Positions 23,365 to 35,949 of a DNA stretch of 64,000 bases are shown in pieces. The stretch comes from Camelus dromedarius (lineage: Eukaryota), in NCBI RefSeq assembly GCF_036321535.1, contig NC_087437.1, positions 111,354,001 to 111,418,000 of the forward strand, read 5' to 3'. The notes beneath the pieces are model-generated. The model searched no databases, was not told the origin of the DNA, and was given only the letters and a program-made list of their open reading frames with translations. Each line of letters opens with the position of its first letter. The stretch's first letter is position 1. The translations under genes and the position numbers were made by a program.

Positions 23365-23485
23365 GGTAACTGATGCTTACTGAGCACCAGTCTTTTACCT
23401 GAATTAACTCAGTTCTCTAATAGCTCTGCATGGAGATATTAGCATCCCCACTTTACAGGCAACGAAGCTGAGACACCAAGCACAA
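23365..23485 (-). mobile_element. MIR
   Basis: GCTTACTGAGCACC ... ATTAGCATCCCCACTTTACAGGCAACGAAGCTGAG. Confidence 0.75.
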
Positions 23486-24584
23486 CACAGGCACTATGGG
23501 ACTCCCTGGGCATTGCTCCTTCTGTCCCAGGAACACCTGCACCACAGGTAGAACTTTAGACGACCTCTCTGCCAAACACGATGCTGCAGGAAGCTTGGGC
23601 TAAGCCTGTTCTCCATCCTGAAAGGCAGCATGTGCTTGCGGTGTGAGCCAGTGGTGGCAGCATGAAAAAGAAGGCTAAGAGGGGCTAACCGGAGCGCTGG
23701 GGTCTGCCTCTGGGAGCGCCCCCCACTGGTCCTTGCTGTGATCACAGGCCACCTGGAGAGAGGCTTGGGAACAATCTTCATGAGGCCTCCCAGAGAGACC
23801 GTCAAGGTGCCCGGGAAATATTGGGCTCCACGGACCAAAAGCCTCATGCTGCCTTCCCTCAGGTCCTATTTGCTCCCCAGGTTTCCAACTGTAACCATGT
23901 TCCATCTGTGTGGTCTGCCTCGTCGTGTCGTCCCCTAAGGTGTCAACCCTTTTTCAAGCTCTGGGCTCCCACAGGCTGTATTTAGGCTTCCACCAACTCC
24001 TTTTGAGACAGCATAATAATCTGTCCATGTTCTCTCTCCCCCACGGAAGGGGGGGATGCCCCACAATTGTTTGCCTAATAAGGGACCCCTGCCCCTATCC
24101 CCCCATCGCAATAAAGGAGGAAGGGAGAGGCCCTGAATCTATTGCTAAAGGAGGTGCCTGGACAGAATGCACAGAAAAGGATTGGCAAAACAACCAACTT
24201 TTCAGCTGTGCAATAGAAGGCAGCAGCCCTGGGGCCCTGTGCTCGGCCCGGCGATGTCGCTGTTGTTCCCCGCGACACCGGGCCGGCCACTTCCCTTGTT
24301 GGGATTGGGCTCACTCATCTTTAACAAGGGCTGAGCACCCCCAGGCACCTTCGGGGGAGCCAAGAAAACCAGGAGGACCGATGCACAAAGATCAAATGTT
24401 TTTGAATCTGCAGCAAGTAATAACGATGTTGTCCACACGGCTTAGTTATTCGGAGACAGGATTGGCCGAATGAAGCCAGTGACTCTATTTTTCTTCAATT
24501 AAATAATTAATTTACACCCTGCCTTGTTCCAGAAAATATTACAACTGGGTGGCTAAAAATTTCCATTAACATCTCTTCTTTACT

Positions 24585-26610
24585 CCCAAAGTAATTCATT
24601 TTCAACATAGAAAATTTAGAAAATACAGACTTAAAAAATGCTGCCCATCCTCTCTCCTCATTCCCACACTCATTGTATTCTTCTGTTCTTTTTTTATACA
24701 TAAATACACTTTTAAATATTTACTTAAGGAAAACAGGATCTTACCAGATTATTGGCTTTGAACTTTATTCTTTACCTCTTAAATTGTATCTTACAATGTC
24801 AATAAATAGAAATCTGCCATTATAATTCTTAGTGGCTCCTAGTAGTCCATTTCAAGACCACGTCATACATTTTCAGCAGGTCATTTATTGTTTTGTGTAT
24901 CTTTTTTTCTAGTTTTTCATTACTGTAAGTATTAATAGTCGATTGAATGTCCTTATGCAGAGTGCAGACCAAGATCTAAAGATAAATGAAACAGTGAAAA
25001 AAAGTCATGGTTTCTTCCACTGCATTCCCTTATCTAGTTCAAATGAGGGACTAAAACCAAGAGTAAAATTACAAAAAAGGTGCGACAAAACTCTGGTTTA
25101 TCTATGATGATAGTTCTCTAGTCCTTTTTGAAATATCAAATATATAATTCTTTTCTTTTTAATTTTTATTGAAGTATAGTTGATGTACAAAATTACGTTA
25201 CAGGTGTACATTATAGTGATTCACAATTTTTAAAGGTTCTACTCCTTTTATGTAGTTATTATAAAATACTGGCTGTATTCCCCGTGTTGGCCAATATATC
25301 CTTGTAGCTTATTTTATACCTGATAGTTTGCACCTCTTACATCCCCCTTCCCTCTCTTCTACCCCTGTAATTCTTTTATTTAAAAAAAAAAAGATTTCCT
25401 TCCCTTGCCGATGCCTAAACATTTACTTAATTTTATCTCTTTGTGCTTTTATGTCATTGGTTCTTAGAATGACTTCCCCAAAAGGAGACTGCTGGACCAA
25501 AGGATATGAATCTTTGAAAGACTGAAGATTTAATGCTTAATTGTCTCCCAGAAATGATGTGGTCAGTTTATATGTTTTGGAGGTGAATCTATTTCTCCAT
25601 TTCCTCTTTGCTAATCTTTTAGACCAAAGTGGCTTCTCTTGGTTTTCATATGAGTTCTATTAACTAAGAAGGTTGAATGCTTTTTTTTTTTTTTGGTACA
25701 TTAATTGGCTGTGTGCACTTATTGTAGGAAATTAGCTCTTATTTTATACTAAACTTTTTTCTTTTGTCTGTCAAATATCTTTGTATTTCAGGATATTAAA
25801 TCCTATGTATGTCACATATGTCATGGCTGTTTTCCGAGATGTGATTTACCTTTCATGGTTTTTTTTTTAGATTTATAAGTCTACAATATTTTTATAATCA
25901 TCTCTCCCAGTATGTGACTTTATTGATACTTCCTTTGGTGTTATGCTTAGAAAGCTTCCCTACTACAAGTTTACATAAAATTTTACCTTCTTTTTCCTTC
26001 TGGTACTTTTATGTTTTTTTTTAAACATATAAACCATATGCAAGTTATTACTGTGGCTATTCTGAGGAGGAAATCCAACTTGATTTTTTCCAAATGGTTA
26101 GCCAGTTATTCCAACATGATATATTGAGTGGTTCATTCTTTCCCACTTAATTGGAATTCCATCTTTATCATATCCTGGTTATTTATAATAATTAATTTAG
26201 AGTTGTTTCTGTACTTTTCATTCTGTTCCTTATCTGTTTGTTCCTAAGATAGTATCTTTCTGTTTATATTTTTATCACTTTAAAACTATGTTTTGATATT
26301 TGGTAAAGATCAATGCTCCTCCCTCTTCTTCTTCTTTTTTTTTTTTTAACTGACCAGCTTCACACTTTCTGCCAAATCAACTTTAAAATCACTATCAAGT
26401 TCCAAAAATAATTTTATTGGGGTACAGACTGAAATTCTAATGAATGTATATAGTTAGTTTGGGATTTACGATGTTAAGCTTTCCTGATCTAGTCTTTCTA
26501 TTTATGAAGTAGGTTTTTAAAAAACTTACTCAGTAAAGTTTGTAGTTCTCTGACTCTAGATCCTGTATATCTCTTGTTTCCTCAGCATTTTGTGTTTCTG
26601 TTGCTATTGC
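24585..26610 (-). mobile_element. Old L1ME/L1M remnants (several pieces)
   Basis: AGAAAATTTAGAAAATACAGA, TGTTATGCTTAGAAAG and TTTTTTCCAAATGGTTAGCCAGTTATTCCAACA. Confidence 0.7.
25150..25365 (-). mobile_element. Younger cetartiodactyl-type L1 3' UTR fragment
   Basis: TTTTTATTGAAGTATAGTTGATGTACAA ... CAGGTGTACA ... GTGATTCACAATTTTTAAAGG ... AATATATCCTTGTAGCTTATTTTATAC. Confidence 0.85.
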
Positions 26611-27130
26611 AAGCAAGATCGATCTCTCTCTCTCCCTCTCTCCCTTTATGTTTTCTTAACAACAGGCCAAAACCTTGCTATTGCTTTTATATTCTGTTTC
26701 CATGAAGGCAGAAGCTTGGGGTCTGCAGGCCATTTGAGATCATCTTTCTCCCCATTAATGTCAAAGTTGAGAGTTCTGGCGGAAGGTTCTTCATAGACTT
26801 AAATTTGTTGGAAGCTTCTGGGAATTCATAGAACACTCTTTAAGAATCTCTCACCACCCCTAGACCTGATAAAGCAAGACACAGCTCTCCCGGACACTTC
26901 TCATTTGCTCTGTTCCACAGGCAGCCTGCACTCAATTTTCTATTCAGCTTCTTCTTACAGGGAAATCCAGACACCCCAACCTCACTCCGGGATGGCCAGA
27001 CTGAAGGCTCCTTGATGGTTTGTTTCACACTTCTGTGCATCCGTCACACCAAGCACAATGATGATGGGCACAAAGTTAGGACTCATAACATAAATAGCTG
27101 ACTTGGACCACTTGGAGACCAGACTCTATT

Positions 27131-27317
27131 CAGTGGCTTCTCAATCCTGGCTGAATATTAGAATCATCTGGATAGTTTTAAATACTATTGATACCTAGGC
27201 CCTACACTTGGAAATGCTGGTTCAACATCTGGGACTGGGCCTCAGTATATTTTAGCCTCCTACCTCCATCCTTACCCCCAGGGACTCTTATGTACAGCCA
27301 GGGCTTAGAACCACTGC
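27131..27317. mobile_element. MER5-type MITE
   Basis: CAGTGGCTTCTCAATCCTGGCTG ... TTAGAATCATCTGG ... CAGCCAGGGCTTAGAACCACTG; terminal inverted repeats visible. Confidence 0.88.
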
Positions 27318-27530
27318 TTTAAATGATGTCCAACTTCTCATTTAGAAGCAGCAGGAACAAACTATTGATGATTTCTGAAAAAAAAAAAAAAAAAAGGAAA
27401 GAATTTATTTAAATAATATTTAAATATTTTTCTGACTTTTGGGAGGGCCAAAGAACAATACAAATGCCTCCCACCATATTATAGACTGGTACAGTGATAA
27501 CACTACTACCCACTGCTGTACATATACACC

Positions 27531-28000
27531 TGTAATAGGGAAGAACAAATGTGACTCCATATGGGATCTGTTTCTTTTACACCTTTGTATTCTATCGCTT
27601 TTGCTATAAGAATGCTGCCTATAGCCTGAGATATACAGGATGGCCCATTCTAAGGACTCCAACCTTTAAAGGTTCCATTTGTAGAGAGGTAACATGTTGC
27701 AGAGCAGAGAATAACTTTTGTCTTGGTGGAGGTTTATAGGAACATTGTGACCTGACCTACCTGGACAGCTGTAAGAACAAAGGATACCATTCTGACACCA
27801 AGAAGTTTGCAGCAACCAAACATACTCGTTTCACTTTTAGTATAATGGAGCCTGAATTCTAACTGGGGGAAGATGGTTCTTTGGGCCACTAGTCCACCAT
27901 CTTCTCTAATAAAGTCCATATTCCTCACCCCAACAGCTCATCTCTCGATTTATTGGCCTGTTATGCGGTGAGCAGTAGGAACTTGGTTGGACTTGGTACC
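27531..28000 (+). mobile_element. ERV1 solo LTR (MER41-like), same family as 12274-12760
   Basis: TGTAATAGGG ... GACTCCATA start, TATAA, AATAAA, and shared 3' CTCATCTCTCGATTTATTGGC; TSD not clean. Confidence 0.82.
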
Positions 28001-29266
28001 CAGAGGCAGATTTGGATTTCAAGGGGCCATCCTTAAAAAAAAAATCAGGAACAGAAAATTAGGCACAAAAGCAAATATTTAAAATGAGAGAAAAAAATCA
28101 CAGAAATTTAAATATTTTAAAAATTGATATATATCATAAATATCACAAAATCCAGAAATATTACATAATAGTTTAATTATTTGCCTGACACACTGGCTAC
28201 ATTACATTTTTTCCACTTCATTTTTGGGCTATGTATATATTTGTTACAATTAATGAATCAATATTAAAACATTATTATTAACTAAACTCCACACTTTATT
28301 TGAATTTCATTAATTCTTCCCTAAGCTCCCTTTTCTGTTCCAGGATAACACATTACATTCATTTAGTCATTATGTCTTCCTAGGCTCCTCTGGTCTGTGA
28401 CAGTTTCACAGACTTTCCTCCTTTTTGGTAACCTTGCCAGTTGTGAATTTTATAGATATTTTGTAGAATGTCCAATCAATTTGGGTTTGTCTGTTTTTCT
28501 CATGGTTTGATTGGGATTCTAGGTTTGGGGAGGAAAACCACACAGATGAAGTACCACTCTCATCCCTTCAGATGTTAACCTTGGTCACCTGGCTGAGATC
28601 CAGACTGGTTTTATGTTTTTTATAATTTACAAAAGTTTTTTGCAGCTTCGTACCCATTATTAGCAATGTCCTGTAAAGTTGGATTGTCATCAGATTTGGG
28701 AATTTTCATTTGTAATCCTCAAGAGTTTGAAAGCTTTTCCATAGCTGAGCTTCTGGCACTGTACATTGTACATTTCTCTTCCACTCTCCACATAGTTCCA
28801 GGGCCTGGCTCCAGGGACACATCCACACTGCAGTACAAATTCTAGCCGTGCACCTTCACGACCTGAGGCTGGGTGAATTTGCACTGTGGGTAGTAGAAAT
28901 GTTCCTGGCAGCCATTCTGTCCCCAGGTTGGCTAGCAGAGACTATGGAAGTAATCATGAACCACATAAAAGTGTCACACTAAACCCAAATTAAAGGTACC
29001 CTAACTCAGCTTCCCCACAATTAGCTTGTTTGCAAAATACTGCAGCCATTCCAACACCACATAGAACAAAAGGAAGTGTGACAAATGGTGAGCTGGGGAG
29101 GAAAGAGACAGTCTTAACTAATTGCAGTTAAAATATCTGACCTTTGCAGATTTTTCAAAAATGTGTCAATACATTGCTGGAACCCCCTTCCAGCTTTTGG
29201 AAGAGGCTCATTCGAGTGAGGAGGCCTGGAGTTTGAGTCATTAGATTCACTGTTAATCTGGGTCTG
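28001..29266 (-). mobile_element. hAT-Tip100 DNA transposon remnant (Arthur1-like)
   Basis: Ends CAGAGGCAGATT ... AATCTGGGTCTG are imperfect TIRs; the right end resembles the Arthur1 5' end in antisense. Confidence 0.6.
28230..28600 (-). mobile_element. L1MD/L1MC-type 3' fragment nested in the hAT element
   Basis: TTTGTTACAATTAATGAATCAATATT ... AGGCTCCTCTGGTCTGTGACAGTTTC ... GATGTTAACCTTGGTCACCTGGCTGAG. Confidence 0.8.
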
Positions 29267-31554
29267 CAAATGCCTCAGTGTGCACTGCTGATCCCATTGG
29301 CCCTGGACCCCAAATGCTACAGTTTGAACCAGTAGCTTCACTGGCTCTGGAAATGAGATGTAGCTGCTCCTGCAATGGAAAAGACTCTCCCCTGAGCTGG
29401 CTTTAGTATGTCACCTCCCTCCAATTCCAACTTTGGCTGAGCCTAGATCATATGATCTTGCCCTCGCTGTGGAGAAGGTTGGAGAGTTATCTGTTAATTT
29501 GAATTTACAGTTAGGGGACGAGCTCTGAATTCTAGTGTGGGGTTCCCCAAACCAAAGATGAAGCCTCATTTCTTGTATTTGCATAAAGAAACAAAATGAT
29601 GCAAAAGTGGCTACCTCTGGGGAAAGAGCTAATGGGGGAAGATTAGGAGCATGACTTCTTAATGTGGACATTTGCATGTCATTTTGTTTCAAAACACGTG
29701 CATGTATTATCTAGTCAAAAATAAAAATTTTTAAAGGGTAATATAATCATATTACCAAATGTCACAAATCAAGGTAACTTCTTTCTTTAATCAACATTCT
29801 CAATAAAGATTAAAAATGCAACTCTACAAAGTATACCACATTTAGATCTGTGATTTAATGCCACCAAATCCATCAGTCCAATCTGCTATCCTCCTTTCTT
29901 TGCTTATTTTGGAACCCCTCCAAATGACTCATTTTCACAATAGCACCATGAATTGGCAGCAATTACCCTCACTAGGGAGGAGGGGCAATGGTGTGGATTT
30001 CCCATACATGCAATATAATATGACTTGTTTTTTTGTTGGGAGATTTCAGAACAGTTTCTCACGCACAAAGAAGCCTTATCAGAATCAAATACCACATTGG
30101 GTCCTGAGGTGAATGAAATAGGGAAATGATTCTTAATATTTGCTCATTGCCCAGAAATGAATCCTTAGGGCTTATAAGTTGTGGGGAAGAAAAAGGTCAT
30201 CATTCAAGGAGAGAAGTGGAAGTTTCCAGAAAGTGTCCTCTAAGGCAATCTTTGTCCATCAAGCCCAGGACTCCTCTGAGAAGAGAAAGCCCTTGATGGA
30301 GAGGGACCCTTGCAGGAGAGGATCCAGCCAAATTGATATTCCAAATTAAAAACTTGTGTGGGTTGAACCTGCCAGATCAGAATGTACTCCAGCCATTCAC
30401 TTTAGTACCAGGTGTCCAGCTGATTTGCTCAGTCCTTTCCCTAATCATTCACAGCATTTTCCTTTTCTTGGTCACTAGGGATTCTAGAACTCCTCCAAAG
30501 CTCTGAAACCCATGGGGATCCAGGAAGAGAAGGTAGAGCAACAACTAGACCCTAACTACTACCTTTCATGGACAAACCAGATGCCACCATCACATAATCT
30601 ATATAGACCCTGGACAAATACGAGAATGTGTACCTTGCACTTTGTGGGCATTCAGTAAATGTCTGACTTAGAGTGGAACATAAGCTCCTTAGTAGTAAGC
30701 TTTATGGTGATATCCCTGGAGTTAATCCACTGACAGGTACACAGGAAGTGCTCAATAAATATTCAGTATAAATTGATTAAGTGACTGTGCTGGCTACAGG
30801 CTTTGCCAAAGTCTTTTTATAAGCATCTTCCATCTGATTTCTGGCTTACAGATGCTCTGTGCTCAGTAATCCCATTCCAATCCAATATGACCTAGTCTAA
30901 GAAATGGTGGAGGAGCCTGGTTTTGGATTGTTTCTTCTCCTGGCAGGACAGACATGGGTATAGACTCTGCTATTCTTGAGCTTGTGAAGAATCTTCCTGA
31001 GGAAATTTGAATTCACCTGTGGTCACTCCTGCTTCCCAATGCAAGAAGAAGGGGAGCTTGGCCTCTTTGAATGCCATTTGGAGACTATTGTCTACTCCTA
31101 CACCCAGGCCCTGTGCTTGTCCATCAGCCTAATTGGAGTGCTGGTTATTCTGGATACAATTATCTGCTCTACAACCAGGTCAAACTATATATAGAAGGAA
31201 AATTTCGGGTGCCCAGATTAGTCATCATAACCAATGTGATCCCAAATATCTATTTGGTTGGATATTTTTCAGTTGGGCCACTCCAGTCCCAGACTTTTTA
31301 CCCAGAGAGAGGAACCCAAGCAGCACAGGAGAAGCACCCAGTAAGAACAAGTTCTTGGTATCTCAGCCCTGGATGTGACTCCCACCTTCATGTCTGCTCA
31401 TCTTCCTTGTCCAGACTTTGGAGCTTTATCTCCTATGTTAATTCTGAGATTATCCCTTGAATACAAGAACAGCTGAGTTTCTATCTGATGCTCTGCTATG
31501 GACGTGATCCTTTGATCTGCCCTGGGGATAGGGCCGCTAATCAAGAATGACCCT

Positions 31555-32746
31555 TGTGTGTGGTACAGGACTTACCTTGCTCAAAGAAAGGTTGGAACTT
31601 TGCCCTCAGCTGCAGAGATAGCCTGTAAGCCCTTGGAATGCCCTGCCTGATAAGTATGCCTTGTTTATCCAGGAGTCTTGGGCCATGACGGAAAGTTTAT
31701 GCTAACAATGTTATTTATGGTGGGGGACCTTGGGCCACGTGGTATTAACTTGACCTCTGGAGGGGCTGGAGACAAAGGTCAGCCATGCAGTCACCAACCA
31801 TGTCTACATGATTGAGCCCCAGTAAAAACCCTGGACACCAAGGCACAGGCTTCCCTGGTTAATAATATTCCATGCATATTGCTGCACATCATAAAGTATC
31901 ACGGAGAATTCGGTGCCGTTGGTACAGCTTGCATCTGATGACTCTTAGACCCTGCCTTATGCTCTCTTCCCTTGGCTGATTTTAATCAGTATCCTTTCAC
32001 TTTAATAAACTGTAGCCATGAGTATAATGACTTTTCTGAGCTCTATGAGTCCTTCTAATAAATTATTGAACCTGAAGGTGGTCTTGTAAGCAGATAGGGT
32101 AGGGGGTCCCTGGAGAATGAGAACCAGGCATGGCTTTCTTGACATAAGAGAAGCCATTTTTGGCCTGAGCCATTTTGTGACCTAAGCCACAATGCTTGTT
32201 CTTGCATAGGTCTCAGTAATTAATGATTTTAAAGAACAAAAGAATGCAGAAACAAATGACTGTTGTTAGGTAAGGAACTTGACAATAGCAAAGATAACAG
32301 TCAATTGTAAAGTCTCCCAGTTCTGGGGCAACTGTAAAGAAGAGCTGAAGAGCTCAACCACCAGATCAACTGGAACCGAAGGGATGATGATGTTGACCTT
32401 TTCTGACCCTCATGACTTCTTCCATCAACTAAAGCTTGGGCTCTCTCTACCGCCCAAACCCCTTCATGAATACGCGTGTTCCTTTAGCTTCAAACCTCCC
32501 CAGTTTGGGAGAGACACTGCTTTGGGCCAGATCCCTAGCATCCGCCTTACTTGCTGCAAGTAATAAATCTTTCTTTCTCCCAGTTTTTGACCTGGTTGTA
32601 TCTTTTGGCTCCACACCCACCAAGAAGCAAACCCAGTTTTCAGGTAATGGTCTTGGCTCAAACTTGCAATTGGTGTCAAAGTGAAAATGTTCTTGGAGAC
32701 CCACAACATATTAGTGACAGATGTGATGGCAGTCCTGAACTTTGCA
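31555..32746 (+). mobile_element. ERVL LTR, MER77-like, interrupted near its 3' end
   Basis: AAGCCCTTGGAATGCCCTGCCTGATAAG, TTGACCTCTGGAGGGGCTGGAGAC and AATAAACTGTAGCCATGAGTATAA; resumes AACTTGCAATTGGTGTCA after 32653. Confidence 0.85.
32085..32649 (+). mobile_element. ERV1-type solo LTR nested in MER77
   Basis: TGTAAG start, AATAAA near 32562, GGTAA-TG end, perfect 4-bp TSD GTCT (32081-32084 and 32650-32653). Confidence 0.85.
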
Positions 32747-34199
32747 ACCCTAAAAAGTGGAATTCCAGCATTAACCCACCTGGCCAGAATTCCCATGAGA
32801 AGCAATCAGCATCTTCATTCCAGACTTTGGAGATATTCCAGTCTTATTCCTGTCCAAGTTGACAGGTCTCCTCTAGTACTCCCAGGCTGCTTACGGCGGC
32901 CTCTTCCCACCACTGACCTCCTAGTTGGCCTTTGCAGCTTTCACTGCTTCATGTCCAAGCCATCCTTCTTTTTGCTTGTTCTCCTATAGAATTCTTACTT
33001 TTCCGTATTACTGCCTTCTCTGATCAGACACACACCCAGGCTCATACCTATCCAAATGAGATCCTTTTTGTGACAGTCAACTCCTGAAGCTTCAGAATTC
33101 ACCACATCTTCTGGGCTAGCGTTTGCATATCATACCAGCTTGATTTAAACAAGTTCCAATATACAGACACAAAATGATCCAGTTAAAATAACCTGGGAAA
33201 TTCACTCTTTAACGCACAGCTACATGTGGAGATCTTGATGTGAATGCAGAAAAGCAGGAGGTCCCTGAATTGAACAGCAGAAAGAAAAAAAAAAAAAAAA
33301 AGACATGACAGTTGGAAAGGACAGTTCTGTAGGTTTTATAAGGCAAACTCATCAAAATAGAGAAAGTTAGATTTTCTATTCTTTTTTTCAGTAGTGATCC
33401 AATTAAAACTTGAGCTAAATGCCATTTACAGTACTATCATGTTTCCTTAAATCTCAGATTAAATGTTGGAGAATTGTGGTAAAAACACAATAATTTGGAT
33501 CAATTGGCAAAGAACTCAATACAAGTTAATGAAAGTTAGAATTACAGAATATAATAGAAGAAACACAATTATATTACTTCTAAGCACCTACATAGACTTT
33601 TTTTTAATGGTAATTAAGTAAAAGTCTTATGGGTCGATTATAATAAGTAGACAATTTTCATGTGCCATTTCACATTATTTTAATCCAAATTGGTGTTTCT
33701 CAAGTGCTTTAATAATGTGGAAAATAGTTTTCATTCTTAATCAGGTTAAATGTTCTTCTTCCAAGGCACATAGATTGTTTGGTAAACTTTGTAAAAGAGT
33801 AGTTCTTATCCCTCATGAAGATAAAGCTTGAGGAAAGAGGATGGATGGGAGGGAGGCAGGCTTAAATTCAATAAGGAATTACTTGATTTGGATGAATTGG
33901 TATATTATAGATCTACAGTATCAAGAGACAGCTTGCTTTCCATAAATAAGAGTAGGTACATACTGAGAAATGTATGGTTCCAGAAGGTATTATTCATTCT
34001 TCATCTGATTTATTTATGCATTTTTATTTTCATGCATTCATTCATTTACCAAACGTTTTTTTCAACACCTATCTCATTTCAGGCTTTGTGATTTTAAGAG
34101 GTTCAAAGCACTATTTCTGCTCTCAAGCAGTTTGCAGGTTCCAAATGACTACAGTCCAGTGTGATAAATGGCTGTCTGGAGTGTCCTCAGAGAACACAG

Positions 34200-34615
34200 A
34201 GTAGGGGATACTCCCCTTCTTCCTGAGCATAGACTTACTTATTTCCCAGCCTCTTCTGAGGTCACATGTGGTCACAAGACTCAGTTCTCGCCATGGAGTA
34301 TCGACAAAAGTCATGCTGTCTACAGTTGAATCTAAGCCTCAAGAGATGGCATGTCTATCACACTCTTTCCCTTGGAACCGGGACAGAGTGGTCCAGCTTT
34401 GGCCATAGATGAGGACAATGTCCTTGGGTCTATAGGCTGATGGAGCAATGACTTGACAACTTGGAAAAAAATTGAGTCCCTGCCCACAAGCCTGGCACCC
34501 CTGAATGAGCAGATGGGACAGAACTGCCCACAAACCTGGCACACTCACTCTGGAACTGTTACTTGAGGTGGAGAAAAACAAGGAGAAATTTAAAGCCACT
34601 TTATGATGGGGTCTT
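34200..34615 (+). mobile_element. MaLR LTR, MLT1J-like
   Basis: TATTTCCCAGCCTCTTCTGAGGTCACATGTGGTCACAAGACTCAGTTCT ... TTTAAAGCCACT. Confidence 0.7.
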
Positions 34616-34619
34616 TTTA

Positions 34620-35025
34620 TTTGTTTTTATTACAAAAAATATCAAACATAGAGCAAAGTTTAAAAAAAAATTGTTCAGTGGGCAGCCATATGCCCAGAGC
34701 TTGAATCTACCATTAATATTTCACTACCCTTTTTAAAAAAACTGCAAATCTATCCATCTTTCCACCTAACTATCCATCCTTCAGTCCTTTTCACTTTTTG
34801 GACACAATTCAAAGTATATTGCCGACATCTGTATACTTTTCCTTAGTACGTTGGCGTGTGTATTACTACTTAGACCTCAATAACTGTTTTCCTCTTCATG
34901 AATATTTTACATACAGTGAAATGCATAAACCTTAAATGCATAATGGTTGAGTTTTGACAAATACACCCCCACATAACCCGAGTTCCTCTCAAGATAAAGA
35001 TCATTCCATTTCTCCAGACATTCTA
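34620..35025 (-). mobile_element. L1M 3' fragments
   Basis: ACATACAGTGAAATGCATAAACCTTAA ... GAGTTTTGACAAATAC ... CATTCCATTTCTCCAGA. Confidence 0.7.
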
Positions 35026-35094
35026 TTAGGGTATACCTGTTACAGTAGTTCAGCTTTACCCTAACTCACTCACAGACTAATCATTTTAAGAATA

Positions 35095-35320
35095 TTTTTG
35101 TGAGTTGAACACCTTTTATGGGTCAGGAATTGTATATGCAAATCTTATTTATTTTTCATAATAATGGTATGATGTAAGTATGACTGGCTCCATCCTATAG
35201 ATAAGAAAAATGAAGAAAAATGAAGTTTAAGAAATTGTCCAGGTTCGCCCAGCTAGTAAGTGGCAGAGGTGAGTGCTGCATCCAGGGTGTCTAACTCCAA
35301 GGCCTGCCAGCTTCCCACTA
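35095..35320 (-). mobile_element. MIR
   Basis: TATAGATAAGAAAAATGA ... TTGTCCAGGTTCGCCCAGCTAGTAAGTGGCAGAG. Confidence 0.85.
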
Positions 35321-35369
35321 CTCTCTGTGCGACTGACCCTGCCTGGAGGGCGTGAAGAAATTTACATTT

Positions 35370-35820
35370 ACAGAGGAAGGACACTGGAACTACATCTTGA
35401 GCCTCAACCTTTGAAGACTGAGTTCATCTGAAGGATAAAGCAAGGATGGGCCTTCCAGGCAGAAGAAACATCATATACAAGGGCAATGAAACATGGTATA
35501 CAAGTGGGAGGTTGTAGCAGTTTGAGAGCTATTAATGTCTCCATGCCTCCAGCTTAGGGTAATGATGTGGTGGCAGCCCAAGGTGGGAGTTAAAAGTTGA
35601 CCAGGATTCCAGTGCCTTGCCAAGTGCATGGGACTTGGTCCTCTAGGCAGTGGAGAGCCATCAAAAGGCTTTAAGCAGGGAATTGACATAATTAGATTTG
35701 AATTTTAGAATGCAACTTAGAATATTGTTGGTGATATATAAAATTATATGGGAAAGAAACAGGAGCTAAAAAGACCAACTATGGAAATAGTCCAGAGGCT
35801 TGAAGACCTAAACTAGGGAG
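35370..35820 (-). mobile_element. L2 remnant
   Basis: TTCCAGGCAGAAGAAACA, GGCAGTGGAGAGCCATCAAAAGGCTTTAAGCAGGG and AGATTTGAATTTTAGAA. Confidence 0.8.
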
Positions 35821-35949
35821 GTCACTGTGAAGTCCAAGAGCACACGTTGGGGAAACAGATCAGAGAGTCCTGATCCAGGTTATGCCCACTTCCTGGACAA
35901 ACTTCATCCCTTCTGTATGAGCTCTGATGAAGGAAATCCCTATTAGCTT

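Noticed and set aside
23910..24473. Longest ORF (187 aa) and other ORFs over 150 aa (3931, 11758, 20850, 20909)
   Set aside because: No recognisable domain, mostly non-ATG starts, composition typical of GC-rich non-coding DNA, some overlap repeats
30800..31460. Possible decayed coding sequence (ORF 31071-31460)
   Set aside because: The frames I translated on both strands matched no family I recognise; tblastx would be needed
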